Source: Okamejei kenojei
Taxonomy: Eukaryota
Direction: 5' to 3'
Length of the DNA stretch: 64,000 bases
Assembly (NCBI GenBank): GCA_035221665.1
Contig: CM069135.1
Location: forward strand, 63,922,001 to 63,986,000
Positions 12,858 to 26,965 of this stretch are shown piece after piece. Position 1 is the stretch's first letter, and every line of letters starts with the position of its first letter. A program made the position numbers and the translations under genes. A model generated the notes under the pieces. That model was not told the DNA's origin. It searched no databases and saw only the letters and a list, made by a program, of their open reading frames with translations.

Positions 12858-13096
12858 ATGTTTCCATTTGTGGAAGAGTCTAGGACTAGAGGTCATAGCC
12901 TCAGGATTCAAGGACGTTCTTTAGGAAAGAGATGTGGAGGAATTTCTTCAGACAGAGGGTGGTGAATCTGAGGAATTCCTTGCCACAGAAGGCTGCGGAC
13001 GCCAATTCAATAGTATTTTTAAGGCAGAGATAGATAGATTCTTGATTAGTATGGGTGTCAAGGATTATGGGAGAAGGCAGGAGGATAGGGTTAGGA
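12858..13096 (+). mobile_element. CR1 3' fragment
   Basis: MFPFVEESRTRGHSLRIQGR...FKAEIDRFLI. Confidence 0.85.
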
Positions 13097-13705
13097 CAGC
13101 GTTTCTCAACCGGGGTCCCCGGAACGCTAGGGTCCAGCGAGAGGCTGCTCGGGGTTCCGAGAGAAATAGTGATGAACTATACCAGGGGTGTTAAACTACC
13201 GGTCTGCAGGTCGGTTGCGGAGTCCAATCCGGCCTGCGGGATGATTTCCCCAAAGCTAGAGTGGGTTGCAGTTGTCCCCGGTGCCGGGGCGTCTGGGCTC
13301 TCCGAGCCGCTGCTCGTGCGTGTGACCCGCCTCTCTAGTCAGCCACGGGCTCCTTATATGGTGTGAGAGGCTGCGGCTGTGAGCTGCCAGCATTGTGACG
13401 ACTCCTTGATTGACACCCGACCCCATCAATCGAACCGCAGGGGCCACTCGGGGGGGGGGGGCGGGTCCGAACATGGCGAGTGCCAGACAAACGGGCTGGC
13501 CGAGAGGCGCGCCCAATAGGAGAAGGGACCGCCTTCTGGGCAGTCAGCTGTGGGCAATAAGGAGGGAGGGGCGGGCGCTGAGCTGAGTTAGGTTGCGCGG
13601 TGCAGAGCGGCTGGGTGCGGGCTGCACGGTGGATACTTTTCCCTTTACAATGTGTGGAGCAGCATGGTAGAGGAGAGAGCTCAGCCGACAGCAAAGCGTC
13701 TCTGC
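13097..13705. mobile_element. hAT (Charlie-like) left end with CpG-rich body; no right TIR seen
   Basis: Starts CAGCGTTTCTCAACCGGGGTCCCCGGAAC...GGGGTTCCG, a typical hAT-Charlie terminus; abrupt rise in GC and CpG. Confidence 0.65.
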
Positions 13706-13706
13706 C

Positions 13707-14125
13707 CACCTCTATAAGATCACCTTTCATCCTCCTGTGCTCCCAGCCTACTCAACCCCACCCTATAGCTCAGACCTTCTAGTCCTGGCAACATCCTTGT
13801 AAATTTTTTCTGTAACCTTTCCAGCTTGATAACATATTTCCTATTACATAGTGCCCAGAACTTAACATAATACTAAATATGGCCTCACCAACGTCTTATA
13901 CAACTGCGACATGACCTCCCATCTTCTATGCTCAATACTCTGACTGATGAAGGCCAATGTGCCAAAAGCCTTTTTGACCACCTTATCTTCCTGCGACTCG
14001 ACCTTCAAGGAAACAAGCACCTGCACTCCAAGATCCCTCTGCTCTGCAACACTCCCCTGAGCCCTACCATTCACTGTGTAGGTCCTGCCCATGTTCGACT
14101 TCCCAAAATGTAACACCTCACTTTT
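13707..14125 (-). mobile_element. CR1 ORF2 fragment
   Basis: ORF 13862..14116 LHFGKSNMGRTYTVNGR...QRDLGVQV...LYKTLVRP. Confidence 0.9.
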
Positions 14126-15689
14126 CTCCGTACAACTCTTGTTGAGTTACTCCAGCATTTTGTGTCTTTCTTTGTAAACCAGCATTTGTTTCCCTGTTTC
14201 AGTACACTACTGAAACTTTCAAGCATGGGTTGCTTAGAAGGAAATCATTTGGGGTCACACAATGCCAGGCAATGACTGCTTCGACCACGAGAAAATTTAA
14301 CTCCCACTGTCAAGTCTCCCACCATGTGGCTATCCTTAATCATAATTTAATTGGACCAGCCGGACAAATACTGCGGCTACACAAGCAAATAAGTGGCTGG
14401 ATTTTCTGTGCAAAGCAACTCAGCTTCCAACTCCCAAATCTCTTTCACCATTTAAAAGTTGCTTCATGATAGTGGTGGAAATGCTCCATATGCTTGAAAT
14501 AGTGGATCTGCAACAAAATAAATGACAAAATCAAGGGCATGGATATATGCTTGATGAGCACTCAATTACAACTTTAAAAGGTAACTTCTTCCGGCACAGC
14601 ACATCATGGCTGCAGCATTGACCACCAAAACAAACTGCAGTAATTCACAAAAGCATCTTTTAGATGCACCTCCAATCTGTTGACCCTTTTACTGTTGTCC
14701 AGAACTATTTTCTACTATTAACAACTAATTTATTATTCTGAACCCTAGATATTCTTGCACGAAACATTATTTTGCACTAAAAGTTACTCTCCTTATCACT
14801 GTGGATGGCTCGATTGTAATCATGTATTGTCTTTCCTCTAACTTAGCATACAACAAAACCTTTCCACTCGGTACACATGACAATAAACTAAACTAATATC
14901 CAACAGCACCATGTTACCTGCTTCACCAAACAAACGGCAGCAGTTTTAAGTGGTGTTTCACCACCATCTTTAGGGTAAAAGTCTTACCAGTGGAAAAAGT
15001 GAACAATGTTATTGGGCCAGAAAATTGCAGTCCAGATAGAACTGCCTGTGCTTACCACTGTTTGTAATCAAATTACAAACTCACATGGAGTGATTTAGAT
15101 AACACCAACATTGCAGGATAGTGTACTGTGGATTTTTAAGATGATCCTAAACTGCAACACAGTCCCCCGTACTGTAATAGATAACATAAATGTGGGTGGC
15201 AAAATTGAACACAAAACCCACCAATAACGGGACAAAAAAAAGTTATGTCATGGCTCTGGCTCAGTCAGTACTGCATAATGTGATGTTTTAGACATTTAAA
15301 AATAATCACATACAAAAGTAAATATTAAAACCCTAGAAAACTACCACACATAATCGTTTATAAAATATTTTTCTATCACCTTTTTTAATTGATTGTATAC
15401 CTTCTTTAGCTGCCCCCATCCATTGAAATTAATGGCAATGCACATCTTGTGGCAGATCCAGGCAGGATGCTCATCCTAAATCTCCATCGCAACTGCTACC
15501 AGAGCCAATGACGACCAGCCAATTAAGACGTCCATAATCATATGTGTTGATGTGCAAATCTCAAAGTTGCTGCCAATTACTTGGGACATTTAATGCAGTT
15601 TCCCACATTACAACTTCAAATCCCCCCCCCCCCCCCCCCCCGCCTCCCCCACCACCACCACCACACACATACACCAACTTCAAGCCATT

Positions 15690-17065
15690 GTAGAAACAGG
15701 AAAATAGATGCAGGAGTAGGTCAATCGGGCCTTCGAGCCAGCACTGCCATTCAATGTGATCATGGCTGATCATCTAAACTCAGTACTCGTTTCCTGCTTT
15801 TTCCCCATATCCCTTGATTCCTTTAGCCCTAAGAGCTAAATCTATCTCTCTCTCTCTCTTGAAAACATCCAGTGAATTGGCCCCCGCTGCCTCCTGTGGC
15901 AGAGAATTCCACAGATTCACAACTCTCTGGGTGAAGAAGTTTTTCCTCATCTCAGCCCTAATTCTTACTCTTAAACTCTGACCCCAGATTCTGGACTTCC
16001 CCAACATCAGAAACATTTTTCCTGCATCTAGCCTGTCCAATCCTTTAAAAATGTTATATGTTTCTATAAGATCCCCTCTCATCCTTCTAAATTCCAGTGA
16101 ATACAAGCCCAGTTGACCCATTCTTTCATCATGTCAGTCCCGCTATCCCGGGAATTAACCTCGTGATCCTACGTTCCACTCCCTCAATAGCAATAATGTC
16201 CTTCTTCAAATTGGGAGAAAACAAAATTGCACACAATACTTCAGGTCTGGTCTCACCAGGGCCCTGCACAACTGCAGTAGGACCTCCTTACTTGTAAACT
16301 CAAATCCTCTCGCAATTAAGGCCAACATGCCATTAGCTTTCTACACTGCCTGCTGTATCTGCAAGCACACTCGGGTCTCGTTGCACCTTCCCTTTTCCTA
16401 ATCTGACACCATTCAGATAATAATCTGCCGTCCTGTTCTTGCCACCAAAGTGGATAACCTCTCATTTATCCACATTATACTGCATCTGCCATGCATCTGC
16501 CCACTCACCCAACCTGTCCAAGTCACCCTGCAGCCTCACAGCATCCTCTCCAGCTCACACTGCCACCCAGCTTTGTGTCATCCGCAAACTTGGAGATGTC
16601 ACATTTAATTCCCTCGTCTAAATCGTTAATATTGTAAATAACTGGGGTCCCAGCACAGAGCTTTGCGGCACCCCACTAGTTACTGCCTGCCATTCTGAAA
16701 AGGACTCGTTAATTCATACTCTTTGCTTCCTCTCTGCCAACCAGTTTTTTATCCATGTCAATACCTTCAAAGTCTCCTTTCTTTAAGTTCAGGAACCTAG
16801 TCTCTGAATTAACCATGCCACTTTCCAAATTAATGCAGAATTCCATCATATTATGGTCATTGTTGCCCAAGGGACTTTGCACAACAAGATCGCTAACTAA
16901 TCCTTCCTCATTAGTAATTACACACTACCCAGTCTAGGATGGCCTGTCCTCTAGTCAGTTCTTCTACATATTGGTTTTAAAAACCATCCCATATACATTC
17001 CAGGAAATTCTCTTCCTCCGCAATGCTACCAATTTGGTTGGCCCAATTTATATATAGATTAAAGT
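15690..17065 (-). mobile_element. CR1 LINE with an internal deletion (endonuclease end fused to mid-RT)
   Basis: ORF 15780..16121 is the CR1 C-terminus with the 3' UTR at ~15690-15780; 16770-17065 reads LGNNDHNMMEF...LNLKKGDFEG (end of APE domain). Confidence 0.88.
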
Positions 17066-18879
17066 CACCCATGATAACTGATACACGAAGAATAATTTTT
17101 GTAATTGGATGATTATTTTTTATCACCAAGATAACGAGCAGGAATATTTTTCATAAATATACATAATTTAGTTTAATATGAAACAAAACAGTATGACCTC
17201 CATATACTTAAGTGTGACGTATCACTGATTCCATTTGAACAGTAGACCAAATGAGTAGGTGACCAGTTTTTAAAAAATTCCTGAATATTCCACTCGAAAC
17301 TTAATACAACATATGTAATAGACAAGATATTCATTTACAGATTAAAGCATGCCTTGAAAGTTTCATCTTTTCTCTTTAAATTGCCCTATGATCCTGAACA
17401 AATCTATTCCCCAGAATTATTTCAGTGGAGAGAAAAATCAAAACAAAATTGTTCAAAATACAGAAATCTCAAAAATGGAAAGTATTTTTAATATTGGTTC
17501 ATAAATCAAACACAGGGCAGTGAACATAGTCAAGTAGTAAACAGCATTTATGTAGAGGTCTATTTTAAGGTGTTTTTAATGGGTTAAATTTAAAGTTGTA
17601 AAACCCAACTGTAAATCATTATTTTTTTTAGAGGCTTATTTTGCTAAAGTTGTTTTTAAACTATCAAATATGATGTTAACAATTTTAACAAATGTATTCA
17701 TAATTATGTGAATAATGATCACCAGAAAAATTATGCAAGGTAAATAGCAACAATTATTCTCTAATCTACCAACTGATGACCAGATTTTACATTATTTATT
17801 AGTATCAATACTGCCAATAGTTGCTTTTGATTTTTGGGCCTGAATTTGTCCAAAATATCACTGTAGCAATTGACCAAAATCAATCATCCAAAGCAATTAA
17901 ACATGGGTGCTTGGTATTTCAAGTTTTTGGAAAGAATAACAATTTTATAAGTCCTAGTAAAAAGTCTTCCCCAACAAAACAAAATTAAAAATATTCTCCC
18001 AAATATTTCTTCTCCCTGAGCATCTTATACTCATTTGTTTCACAAGTTCAGACAGAACTAGTTTTGAAAGTTATTATGGTGAAGTACAGATGGCTGATAA
18101 CTCCATGGAACTTGCTGAAACTATGGCAAAGTCTTATGAAGCATGGATGCTAAATTAATGGAAGATTGGATAAATACCCTAAAATCTATCTTGATTTATC
18201 ATTCAGAAAATTGCACAGGAATAATTGAAAAATGTCCATGTTTTGCCCACATGCAACACATTAATAAAGGATAAATTTCCATCTAAAAGTGAAAATAGAT
18301 TGTGAAATCTGGTGTTCTGGATGTAGAGATGGCATTAGCACATTTATTAATTGAAAAATAGTTCAATTATGACTTGCCTGTGCATAATTTGGGCTTACAA
18401 TACATAAAATCATCACAACAATTTCTACTGAGAAATCTTAAACTAAGGATCATAAACATAAGGCTGTTATATTCAGTTAAAAAAATAGAAAAAACCTCTT
18501 TATCCAGAAAGATTGGCAAATGGTACATGCTACCACATTTAGTAGTTAAGGAGAAGCTCGATACACATAAAGGAGGAAGTATTGGAAAGTTTTGTCGATA
18601 GATTCGACAAATAAGGGTGGAGGAAGGCTCTTTTGGAGCACCACATGGTCCTGTTTATATGCCGTTAATATCATGTGAATAAGAATAATGATATCAAAAT
18701 ACTTGTTGGCCAACTTGCTATGAGTTTCAACAAACCAAACTATGCTAAGTCTGCAATGTAAATTTCAGAAAAACTAATTTAGCTAATTTCGGCACTGGAC
18801 TTTTGTCCAGATAAAGATACAGGTGCATTACCTTTGCATTAATGCAAAATGGTGTGGATGATGAACAAAGTTGAGGAAA

Positions 18880-19385
18880 GAGGTTCACCTGCACCTTCTC
18901 CAACCTCGTCTATTGCATCCGCTGCTCAAGTTGTCAGTTGCTCTACATCGGTGAGACCAAGCGTTGGCGATCGCTTCGCCGAACACCTCCGCTCGGTTCG
19001 CAATAACCAACCTGTTCTCTTGGTGGCTCAGCACTTCAATTCCCACCCCCATTCTGAATCCGACCTTTTGGTCCTGGACCTCCTCCATGGCCAGAGTGAG
19101 GACCACCGGAAATTGGAGGAGCAGCATCTCATACTTCGCTTGGGCAGTTTGCACCCCAGCGGTGTGAACATTGACTTCTCTAATTACAGGTTGTCCCTAC
19201 TTTCTCCTCCCCTTCTCAGCTCTCCCTCAGCCCACTGGCTCCACTTCTTCCTTTCTTCTTCCCACCCCCCCCCCCCCCCCCCACATCAGTCTGAAGAAGG
19301 GTCTCCACCCAAAATGTTGCCTATTTCCTTCATTCCATAGATGCTGCCTCACCTGCTGAGTTTCTCCAGCATTTTTGTCTACCTT
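18880..19385 (+). mobile_element. Penelope-like element: GIY-YIG endonuclease C-terminus plus terminal repeat
   Basis: FTCTFSNLVYCIRC..C.LLYIGETKR / GDRFAEHLRSV...VAQHFNS...RKLEEQHLILRLGSLHPSGVNIDF; CTGAAGAAGGGTCTCCACCC at 19291. Confidence 0.92.
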
Positions 19386-20879
19386 TGAAAGCTAAAGGAG
19401 GTTAGCACTGAAGCAAGAGATGCAATTCCACTTCTACTGAGTCATCTCATGTCACTAGGAGAGCAGACAATCTGAATGTAAATTAAAAAGATTCATGTTT
19501 TAAGTCTCTGTTCATTGAACAATTTTAAAACAAACATCCCTTTTCTTGCTAAATCTAATGTTTGGTGCTTAAAACCTACTAATAATTGGCCTTTATACTT
19601 GAAACTATATTTTCAAAGCAGAACAAAACTGTGGTAATATTCAATGGCATCCGTGTGCTTTGAAAAATATATTAGATCAAGAGAGCAGCTGATTGACAGG
19701 CTTGCCACAGTTCAATATCAGACACATTTAGCAACAGAGATCATTTGGACAGTAATAATGCATACAAAAAGCCAAAAGCTCAAGATTGCACAGGGTTTAA
19801 GAGAAATCCAACCATGAGAGAGATCCAGAATTGGTGGGGAGGGTAATGGATCTGGACCAGTGATTGTTGGAAATTTAGGAGGTGGGGATACCTGATGGGA
19901 GAATTACTGAGAGATCCTAGAAAGAGGTGGAGTATTTTCAGGTTAGTTTCTTTGACCCGAGGGAACTTACTTCTGAAAAGCAGAATTACCCAAGAGGTCC
20001 AGACTTTCACATTTCATTTTACCAATTTCCCAAAGCCAAGAAAAACCAGCCAACTTGGATTAAAATGGAAATAATAGCATTTGGCCTCCTTAAAAGATTT
20101 TAACAACTAACATACCTCCTGTTTTTGATTGTATTTGATTGTCTGACACTTGTCAAGTCCACATTCCAAGTAGAGATGAGCAGTTTTGACAGGTTGTGTC
20201 AGAATTTAAGATTTCTAACATATTAACTTCCTAGCAATTCTAAGTCCACTGATTTTGAGGGGCAAAACTATCTATATTTGTTTTGATACTTCCCACAACT
20301 TCAAATTTCCCCTACAAATTGCTTAATGAGCTTAAGGGACTAAACGAGCACTCATTGTCCTAGATTATTTTATTGGTGATTTTATATCTCCTGTTTATCT
20401 TGTGGGAATAATATACACAGGAAAAAAAGGTCAGATGATAAAAAAACATTATGATTTTCTCTTCATTGCATATTTATCTTTCAACTTGGTTCAGAAAAAA
20501 ATATTCATATGGTTGAGAGAAGAAACAATGATTGGCATTATAGAGGAAAATAATCTAATGATGTGACTATTATAACTCACAAGTTTTTTCCAATTCCACA
20601 CATGGCTTTGCCAAGCATTAAGTTTATTTCATTCCATGTTTCTTTTTTGATTTAATTGCATCACTGAATTGTTATTTGAAGCTGTTGGCATAACGTTTAT
20701 CTTGTCTGAAGATTAATCAAACATAATTAATTGGTTCATTTAAGTGTGTCAATGTATACCCAGTTTACCCATGTATACCCAGTTCTTTAAGGCGCAACTT
20801 GTGGGTTCACACCTTTTCACTGTACCTTGGTAAACGTGACAATAAACTAAACTCAACACTCCATGACACTTGACCATAA

Positions 20880-21190
20880 AAATGTAGACTGACATTCACT
20901 GCATGTCAGAGGCACAATCTTCAAATGGTTCCCACATAATATCTGATGTGCATTTAAGAGAACCTATGGCATCACTCAAGAAGAGGAGGCGTATGAGGCC
21001 TCATGTCCCAGCCGATATTTTTTCCTCAACCAGTATCGCAACAAACTATGTGATCATGTGATCATGTTGTTAAATGAGGGAACTTTCTGTGCGCAAACTG
21101 ATTGCCACATTTTACTCACAACAGTGCTCACAGTTCAAAATTACTTTATTAGTTGTAAGGTATGCAGAGGCCATGGAAGAAAGTTTGTTT
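20880..21190 (+). mobile_element. Deu-domain SINE (SacSINE1/AmnSINE1-like), ancient
   Basis: CCTATGGCATCACTCAAGAAGAG...GATATTTTTCCTCAACCAG...CTGTGCGCAAACTGATTGCCACATTT...ACAACAGTGCTCACAGTTCAAAATTACTTTATT resembles the recalled Deu-domain consensus. Confidence 0.7.
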
Positions 21191-22556
21191 AAAAAAAAAG
21201 AATAATCAGACACTGGCAAAACATCAGCCATTTGCCCTGCAAAGCATCTGAAATCCCAGCAGAAGAAATTATTTATTTGACAAATTACACAGATGTCAAG
21301 GTAAAAATGGCACACAAAATATGTCATTCTGACTAGCTAAATCTATATACACTGCATGAGAGGCAACAGACATATAAAGGTTACAAACAAGATATTATTG
21401 ACTGTTTACTGAAACGTTGTTAAAAAAAATCCTAATCACTTTAAGCTGTGCAGTATGTAAGTGTGGTTTGTGTTGTGTGGTCCTCTTTTTACTGCTTTTG
21501 GCTAAAACCTATTGCAGAACAGTGAACAGTTCTAGTTCCAAGGAATTTTGCAAAAAAAATTGTCAGAGTAGAATAAAAGCTCCTCTGTTTAGTACTTAGG
21601 AACGTATCAACTAATTTTATCCTTGCACTTTCTGGCAGCTTCCCACCCCACCATTCCCTCAATCCACCCTTAAAAAATCCCATGGGAATATTAAATCTCT
21701 TTACTGATCTATCCTTCGAAGTACCTTGCATCCGTATCAAGTATCCATTTACCGATAATAGTTGGCAATACTATAATGATATATCTGTTGCAACTTGTGT
21801 AACTACCTTTGAGAGAAATTAAAAAATATCAGGAAAGTTGGATGACTATGGTAACAATTATAGGCTAAGCTTTGCAAATAAAAGTGGATATAGGGTGTTA
21901 GCAGTCATAATGTAAGTTGTCTAAATAACTGAAAAAATCAAGGATAAATTGAATATTGAAATTAAATGCAATGGATACAGCAAAATATAAGGGTAAAATT
22001 AAAGGTAGGAAAAGCTATACAGATAGCAGGATTGAGCATAAAATAGAGAAGCCCTGAAGATGAAGACAGAAGTTAATGAATCCATTTGGAAGGCAAAACA
22101 GAACCCAGAAATTGAATAATGAAGAAACAGAAAACAAAATTGTAAAACATTTTTCAAACACAAATAAAAAAATGATGTAGAGATGGAAAAAGGCCAATAA
22201 GGAGTTCTCAGGATAAGATCACAGGTAGCAAAAAATAACAGGCAGAAATATTTAATATTTATTTTGCTTCAGCAATTACCTGCCAGATACAACAAGTAGA
22301 TATGTCATCAAAAACTCCATTTGAAATTAAGAGTGGAAAAAATAGAAAAAACTCAGGATAAAATCCCTCGTTCAAGATGCATTACATGTGGATATTTTTA
22401 AATAATCTTGGTAGGAGCTAGCAGAGGCATAACTATGTGTTTAATAAGTTGTTTGAAAGTTGTGGTGTCAGATGATTAGCAGATAGAGTATATCCAGGGA
22501 ACCATGCAGCGAACAATCAGAGCGGGGCACTGTGGGGAATCACAGCCTATATTAAT

Positions 22557-22880
22557 TTAGATTAGTTTAGTTTAGTTTAGTTTAGAGATACAGTACAGAA
22601 ACAGGCCCTTCGGCCCGCCAAGTCCACACACCAACCAGCGATCCCTGCCCACTAGCACTATCCTACACTAGGGACAATTTTTACATGTATACCAATCTAA
22701 ATTAACCTGCAAACCTGTACATCTTTGCAGTGTGAGAGGAAACTGAAGTTCTCGGAAAAACCCACACAGGTGTGGGGGAGAATGTACAAACGCGGTACAG
22801 ACAGCATCCGTCTCCAGGATCGAACCTAGGTCTTTGGCGCTGTAAGGCAGCAACACTACCATTGCGCCACCATGCCGCCC
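22557..22880 (-). mobile_element. tRNA-derived V-SINE (HE1-like), full length, with (AAACT)n tail
   Basis: Reverse complement begins GGGCGGCATGGTGGCGCAATGG (A box)...GGTTCGATCC (B box), then the V-domain TGTGTGGGTTTTTCCG, a CR1-like 3' end and a pentamer tail. Confidence 0.9.
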
Positions 22881-24149
22881 TAAAAAAACCCCAAAAAAGT
22901 CAAATTAAAAAAACAATTTCTAACTTTGTGCATGACCCCAAATTGGGCGAGGAAGAGCAAGATGACACAGTCAATATCACAGCACTTCATATTCATAAGC
23001 TTGTGGAATAGGCATCGACTGAAATGAATTTCAGCCCAGAAAAAAATAATCATATTCTCAGAACAATTGGATGCAAAGTAAGGTCATATATCATTGGAAA
23101 ATAAGTATCTAATTGGGTAGAGGACAAAAGGATCTTGGAGAGTAAATATACCTATCATGCAGTGTCATAATTATAACTAAGCATGCCTTTATTCCTGAAA
23201 AAATGGAAAGCAGATAAATTAGGCTAAACTTCGATCACAACACAGCGAGATAGAACATGATTGGGATCTTAACTTGACATCATGAGACATTGGAATGGAT
23301 TCCAAAAATGCAACATCATGGAAGAATGAAAAACCTGGAAGAAAAGGCTATGGGATAATGAAATGAAGAATTAAAATTACTGAAGATTTGGTACAAAATG
23401 TAGGAAAAAGCAAACTTGAAGCCTTCAATAGAAAACAGTCACCAAGATATTAAACAGTGCAAATAAGCCAGATTTTGGAGATGATTCAAGGAAAAACTAG
23501 ATAAATGAAGGAGCAAGGACGAAGGGGGATATTGCTGAAATAATTAGATCAAAAAAAAAAAGCTCGCCTGGAGCCAAAAGGCTTGCTTCTATCCTGCACA
23601 GGGTATTTAATGTTCAATACAGCAAATGCAGAGAAGTGTACCCCATTCATCATGGGGTGCACCTGGTTTTACAAATCTAATTTCAAAAAAATATTGTCGT
23701 AATATCTTTTCACAATATATTTTTGTTTTTGATGAGAGTCCAAACTAATTTGTTTACAGAGTCATAAGTCCCACTTTAGTAAATGTTGGTCTTTTCAGCT
23801 TTAGGCTTCCTTTTCTTTTTGTGCTTCTGTTTCTTTTTGCTGAACTGAGTGTTGGCTTTAAGGCAATATGCAATTTTTCTGAAAAGGCACGATTCCCAAC
23901 CACACTACTAAACATCTGTTTTCACAAATTACCCATTCTGATATCTGCTTCATAAATATGTGGTAATTCATGGACAGTCTACTTTATTGTAGACCAATCT
24001 CTAATAACGATCCCATGGGAGAAATTTAAACTTGGGCCTTATGGCTATACTCTATACAATATCAGATGTCAGTTATACCACATTCATATGATCAGCTCAA
24101 TTGACATCAATGGAAATGACTGATAGAATAAATCTTGGGTAATATTCCG

Positions 24150-24910
24150 AAAATGCTGGAGTAAAATGCTGGAGTAACTCAGCGGGACAGGCAGCATCTC
24201 TGCAGAGAGGAATGGGTGACGTTGCTGGTCGAGACCCTTCTTCAGACTGTTGGTTGAGGGGAAGGTGACAACGAGGCATACAAACAGAAAAACTAATCAG
24301 GAGACAGTGAAACTAGTTGGAGAACTATGGTGGGGGAGAGACGGAGAGGGAAAGCAAGGGTTACTTGAAGTTAGACCAATCAATATTAATTCCGCTGGGT
24401 TGTAAGCTGGCCAAGCGAAATATGAGGTGCTGTTCCTTCAATTTGCATTGGGCCTCACTCTGACAGTGGAGGAGGCCCAGGCCGAAAGGTCAGCATGGGA
24501 ATGCGAAGGGGAGTTAAAGTGTTTAACAACCGGGAGATTGCATAGGCCTTGCGGACTGAGAGGAGGTATTCAGCGAATCGATCACCGAGCCTGCACTTGG
24601 TCTCGCTAATATATCCACACCTTGAACAGTGGATAGAGTAGATGAGGTTGGAGGAGGCGCAAGTCAACCTCTGCCTCACCTGGAAGTACTGTCGGGGTCC
24701 TTGAACGGAGTCGAGGGAGGATGTATAGGGGCAGGTGTTGCAGGGGAAAGGGGAAAGTAACTGGGGAGGCGGTGGTTTGGGTGGGAAGGGATGAGTTAAC
24801 CAGGGAGTTGTGGAGGGAACAGTCTGTGGGGAAAGCGGAAAGGGGTGGAGATGGGAAGATATGGCTAGTGGTGGGAACCCATTGGAGGTGGCGAAAATGT
24901 TGGAGGGAAT
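24150..24910 (-). mobile_element. Penelope-like element 3' fragment (GIY-YIG)
   Basis: ORFs 24455..24679 LTCASSNLIYSIHCSRCGYISETKCRLGDRFAE and 24606..24983; terminal repeat at 24150-24250. Confidence 0.9.
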
Positions 24911-26108
24911 GCAATATTCCTGCAGTTTTTATCACTAGCAGCTCAAAATTTCCACACCCATCGGCTCTCATATTATCAGACAAAACCTCTACATCTTTGT
25001 TCCAATCTTTTCAAATTGCTTAGCATTTCCAAACTAAGTATTTTTAAACATACACTAGAAGAACTTAAGATAATGTTCACATTTTCTTCCATCAGTCTCT
25101 ATAGCATGATGAAGCCATGGATTGAGAAAATGCAATAAAATCAAATGCTTTTGGCCAAGCCTCAAAATTTCAAGTAAAACCTTGTTTTAAATGTATATTA
25201 AGCACTCCCCACTGATACCACCACCCCTATTGTTTCCAGTACTTACCCCATTAATACCTCCACCAAACCCATGTAACATCTGTCCGTCCTAACACCAAAG
25301 ATTCCTTCCATAGCTATTTTCATCCTTTAGTTAAATTTGGTTCTATTTACTGCTATATTTCCAAATGTCTTCATTGAAATAATTATATATATTTTTTCCT
25401 GTGAGATAACCCTCAAAGTGCATTGAATGCATTAATGCTCAGTATCGAAAGTAAGAATGTTAAGTACAATGGAGTAGAATGTAAAGTTGCAGCTCAGTTG
25501 TTGAAATAAATGATTAATATGACACAAATTTTCACTTGAGCAGCTGTACCTAGCTTAATTATATTCTGAATGTATCCACTTCTCCCAAAATGGTCAATTT
25601 TGTGTCTTTATAACATTATCAAGGATTCCAACCCCTATGCCATAGTTTTCTTCTGTAAAGAACATCTCCAGTACAAATATCTACACTTCAAAAAGATCCT
25701 AAACCTGATTGCTTGTGCATTCAAGATTCTCACTGACGGATGAGTTTCCATGCAATGTCAGATGAAAAAATATTTGGGTAACTACAACACTGTTCTTTAA
25801 TGTTTTATAAGGTAGGCTTATTTACATAATTTCTAATATTTCTCATACCTTGTTTCAACATAGGAGGCTAGTTGGCTCATTGTGTCTATGCTGGCTGTCA
25901 GAACAATTCCATCAATCCATTTCAAGTTATTTTCCTGTAACTATTCTCTACCCATGCCTTTAAACTCCATCCATGATTCTCCTACCACCACATACACCAT
26001 GGGAAATTTATAGCGTAAGGGTAATTTCCACTGACTGGTTAGCACACAACAAAGCTTTTCACTGTCCCTCGGTACACGTGACAATAAACTAAACTAAACT
26101 CAAACCAC

Positions 26109-26293
26109 GATAAACACAAAATGCTGGAGTAACTCAATGGGACAGGCAGCATCTCTGGATAGAAGCAACGGGGGACGTTTTGAGTCGAGACCCTTCTTCA
26201 GACTTTTTCCAGACATGGTGCCTGTCCTGCTGAGTTACTCCAACATTTTGTGTCTATCTTCAGTTTAAACCAGCATCTACAGTTCCTTCCTAA
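26109..26293. repeat. PLE-derived inverted-repeat hairpin inserted in an (AAACT)n tail
   Basis: GATAAACACAAAATGCTGGAGTAACTCA...TGAGTTACTCCAACATTTTGTGTCTATC arms flanked on both sides by ACTAAACT repeats. Confidence 0.8.
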
Positions 26294-26965
26294 ACTAAAA
26301 CTAAACTAGTTGCAAATTAACCCACCAAGCACCATGTCATTAGTGAATGGAAGGAAACAGGGAAAAAATCTGCACTCACATGTAGAACTTGCAAATTACA
26401 GACAGCATCTGAGATAAGAACAAACCAGGTTGCTGGAGCTGTGAGGCAGCATTTCATGCAGCATCATCATTACTGACTGACAACGATCAGTTCCTGTAAT
26501 CCAATTAAATCAACTCTGACCAAAGCAATTCAATCTCTGTGAATCCACTTTTGTATTTCCAAAATTATTTCTATATCAAATGGGACTTTAAATGGATTAA
26601 TAGGGATAATATGGAATCTGGTAGCATAGCAGAGACAGGCAAGGTGGGTTTAATGCAAGTTGACATTTATGACGCAGATTCACTTGGAGGTAACATGCAT
26701 GAATAAATGTTTCAGCTCCAAAGACGTAAAGACAGACAATATTGCAGAGCTACAAATGGGCAAATCTTGTGATGGACGGGAGATGGACGAAAACAGTCTT
26801 GGAATATTGAGTTTACTAACAGCACACATCTTAAATGAGTCAGCAGTGGGTAACGGGGATACAATGAGCAGTGAATTTTTGGCATGAGCAGAAAAATTGT
26901 AGCTTTGAGCTTGTCAATGTTTCACTGGCATTGTCAGCTCATTCAAATGTGAATACATGAATGAC

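Noticed and set aside
22810-22880. tRNA gene
   Set aside because: The A and B boxes belong to the head of a V-SINE that continues into a V-domain and LINE-like tail.
21780-23600. Possible exon-bearing purine-rich region
   Set aside because: Reads as a very degraded CR1-like remnant with an inserted SINE; boundaries could not be supported.
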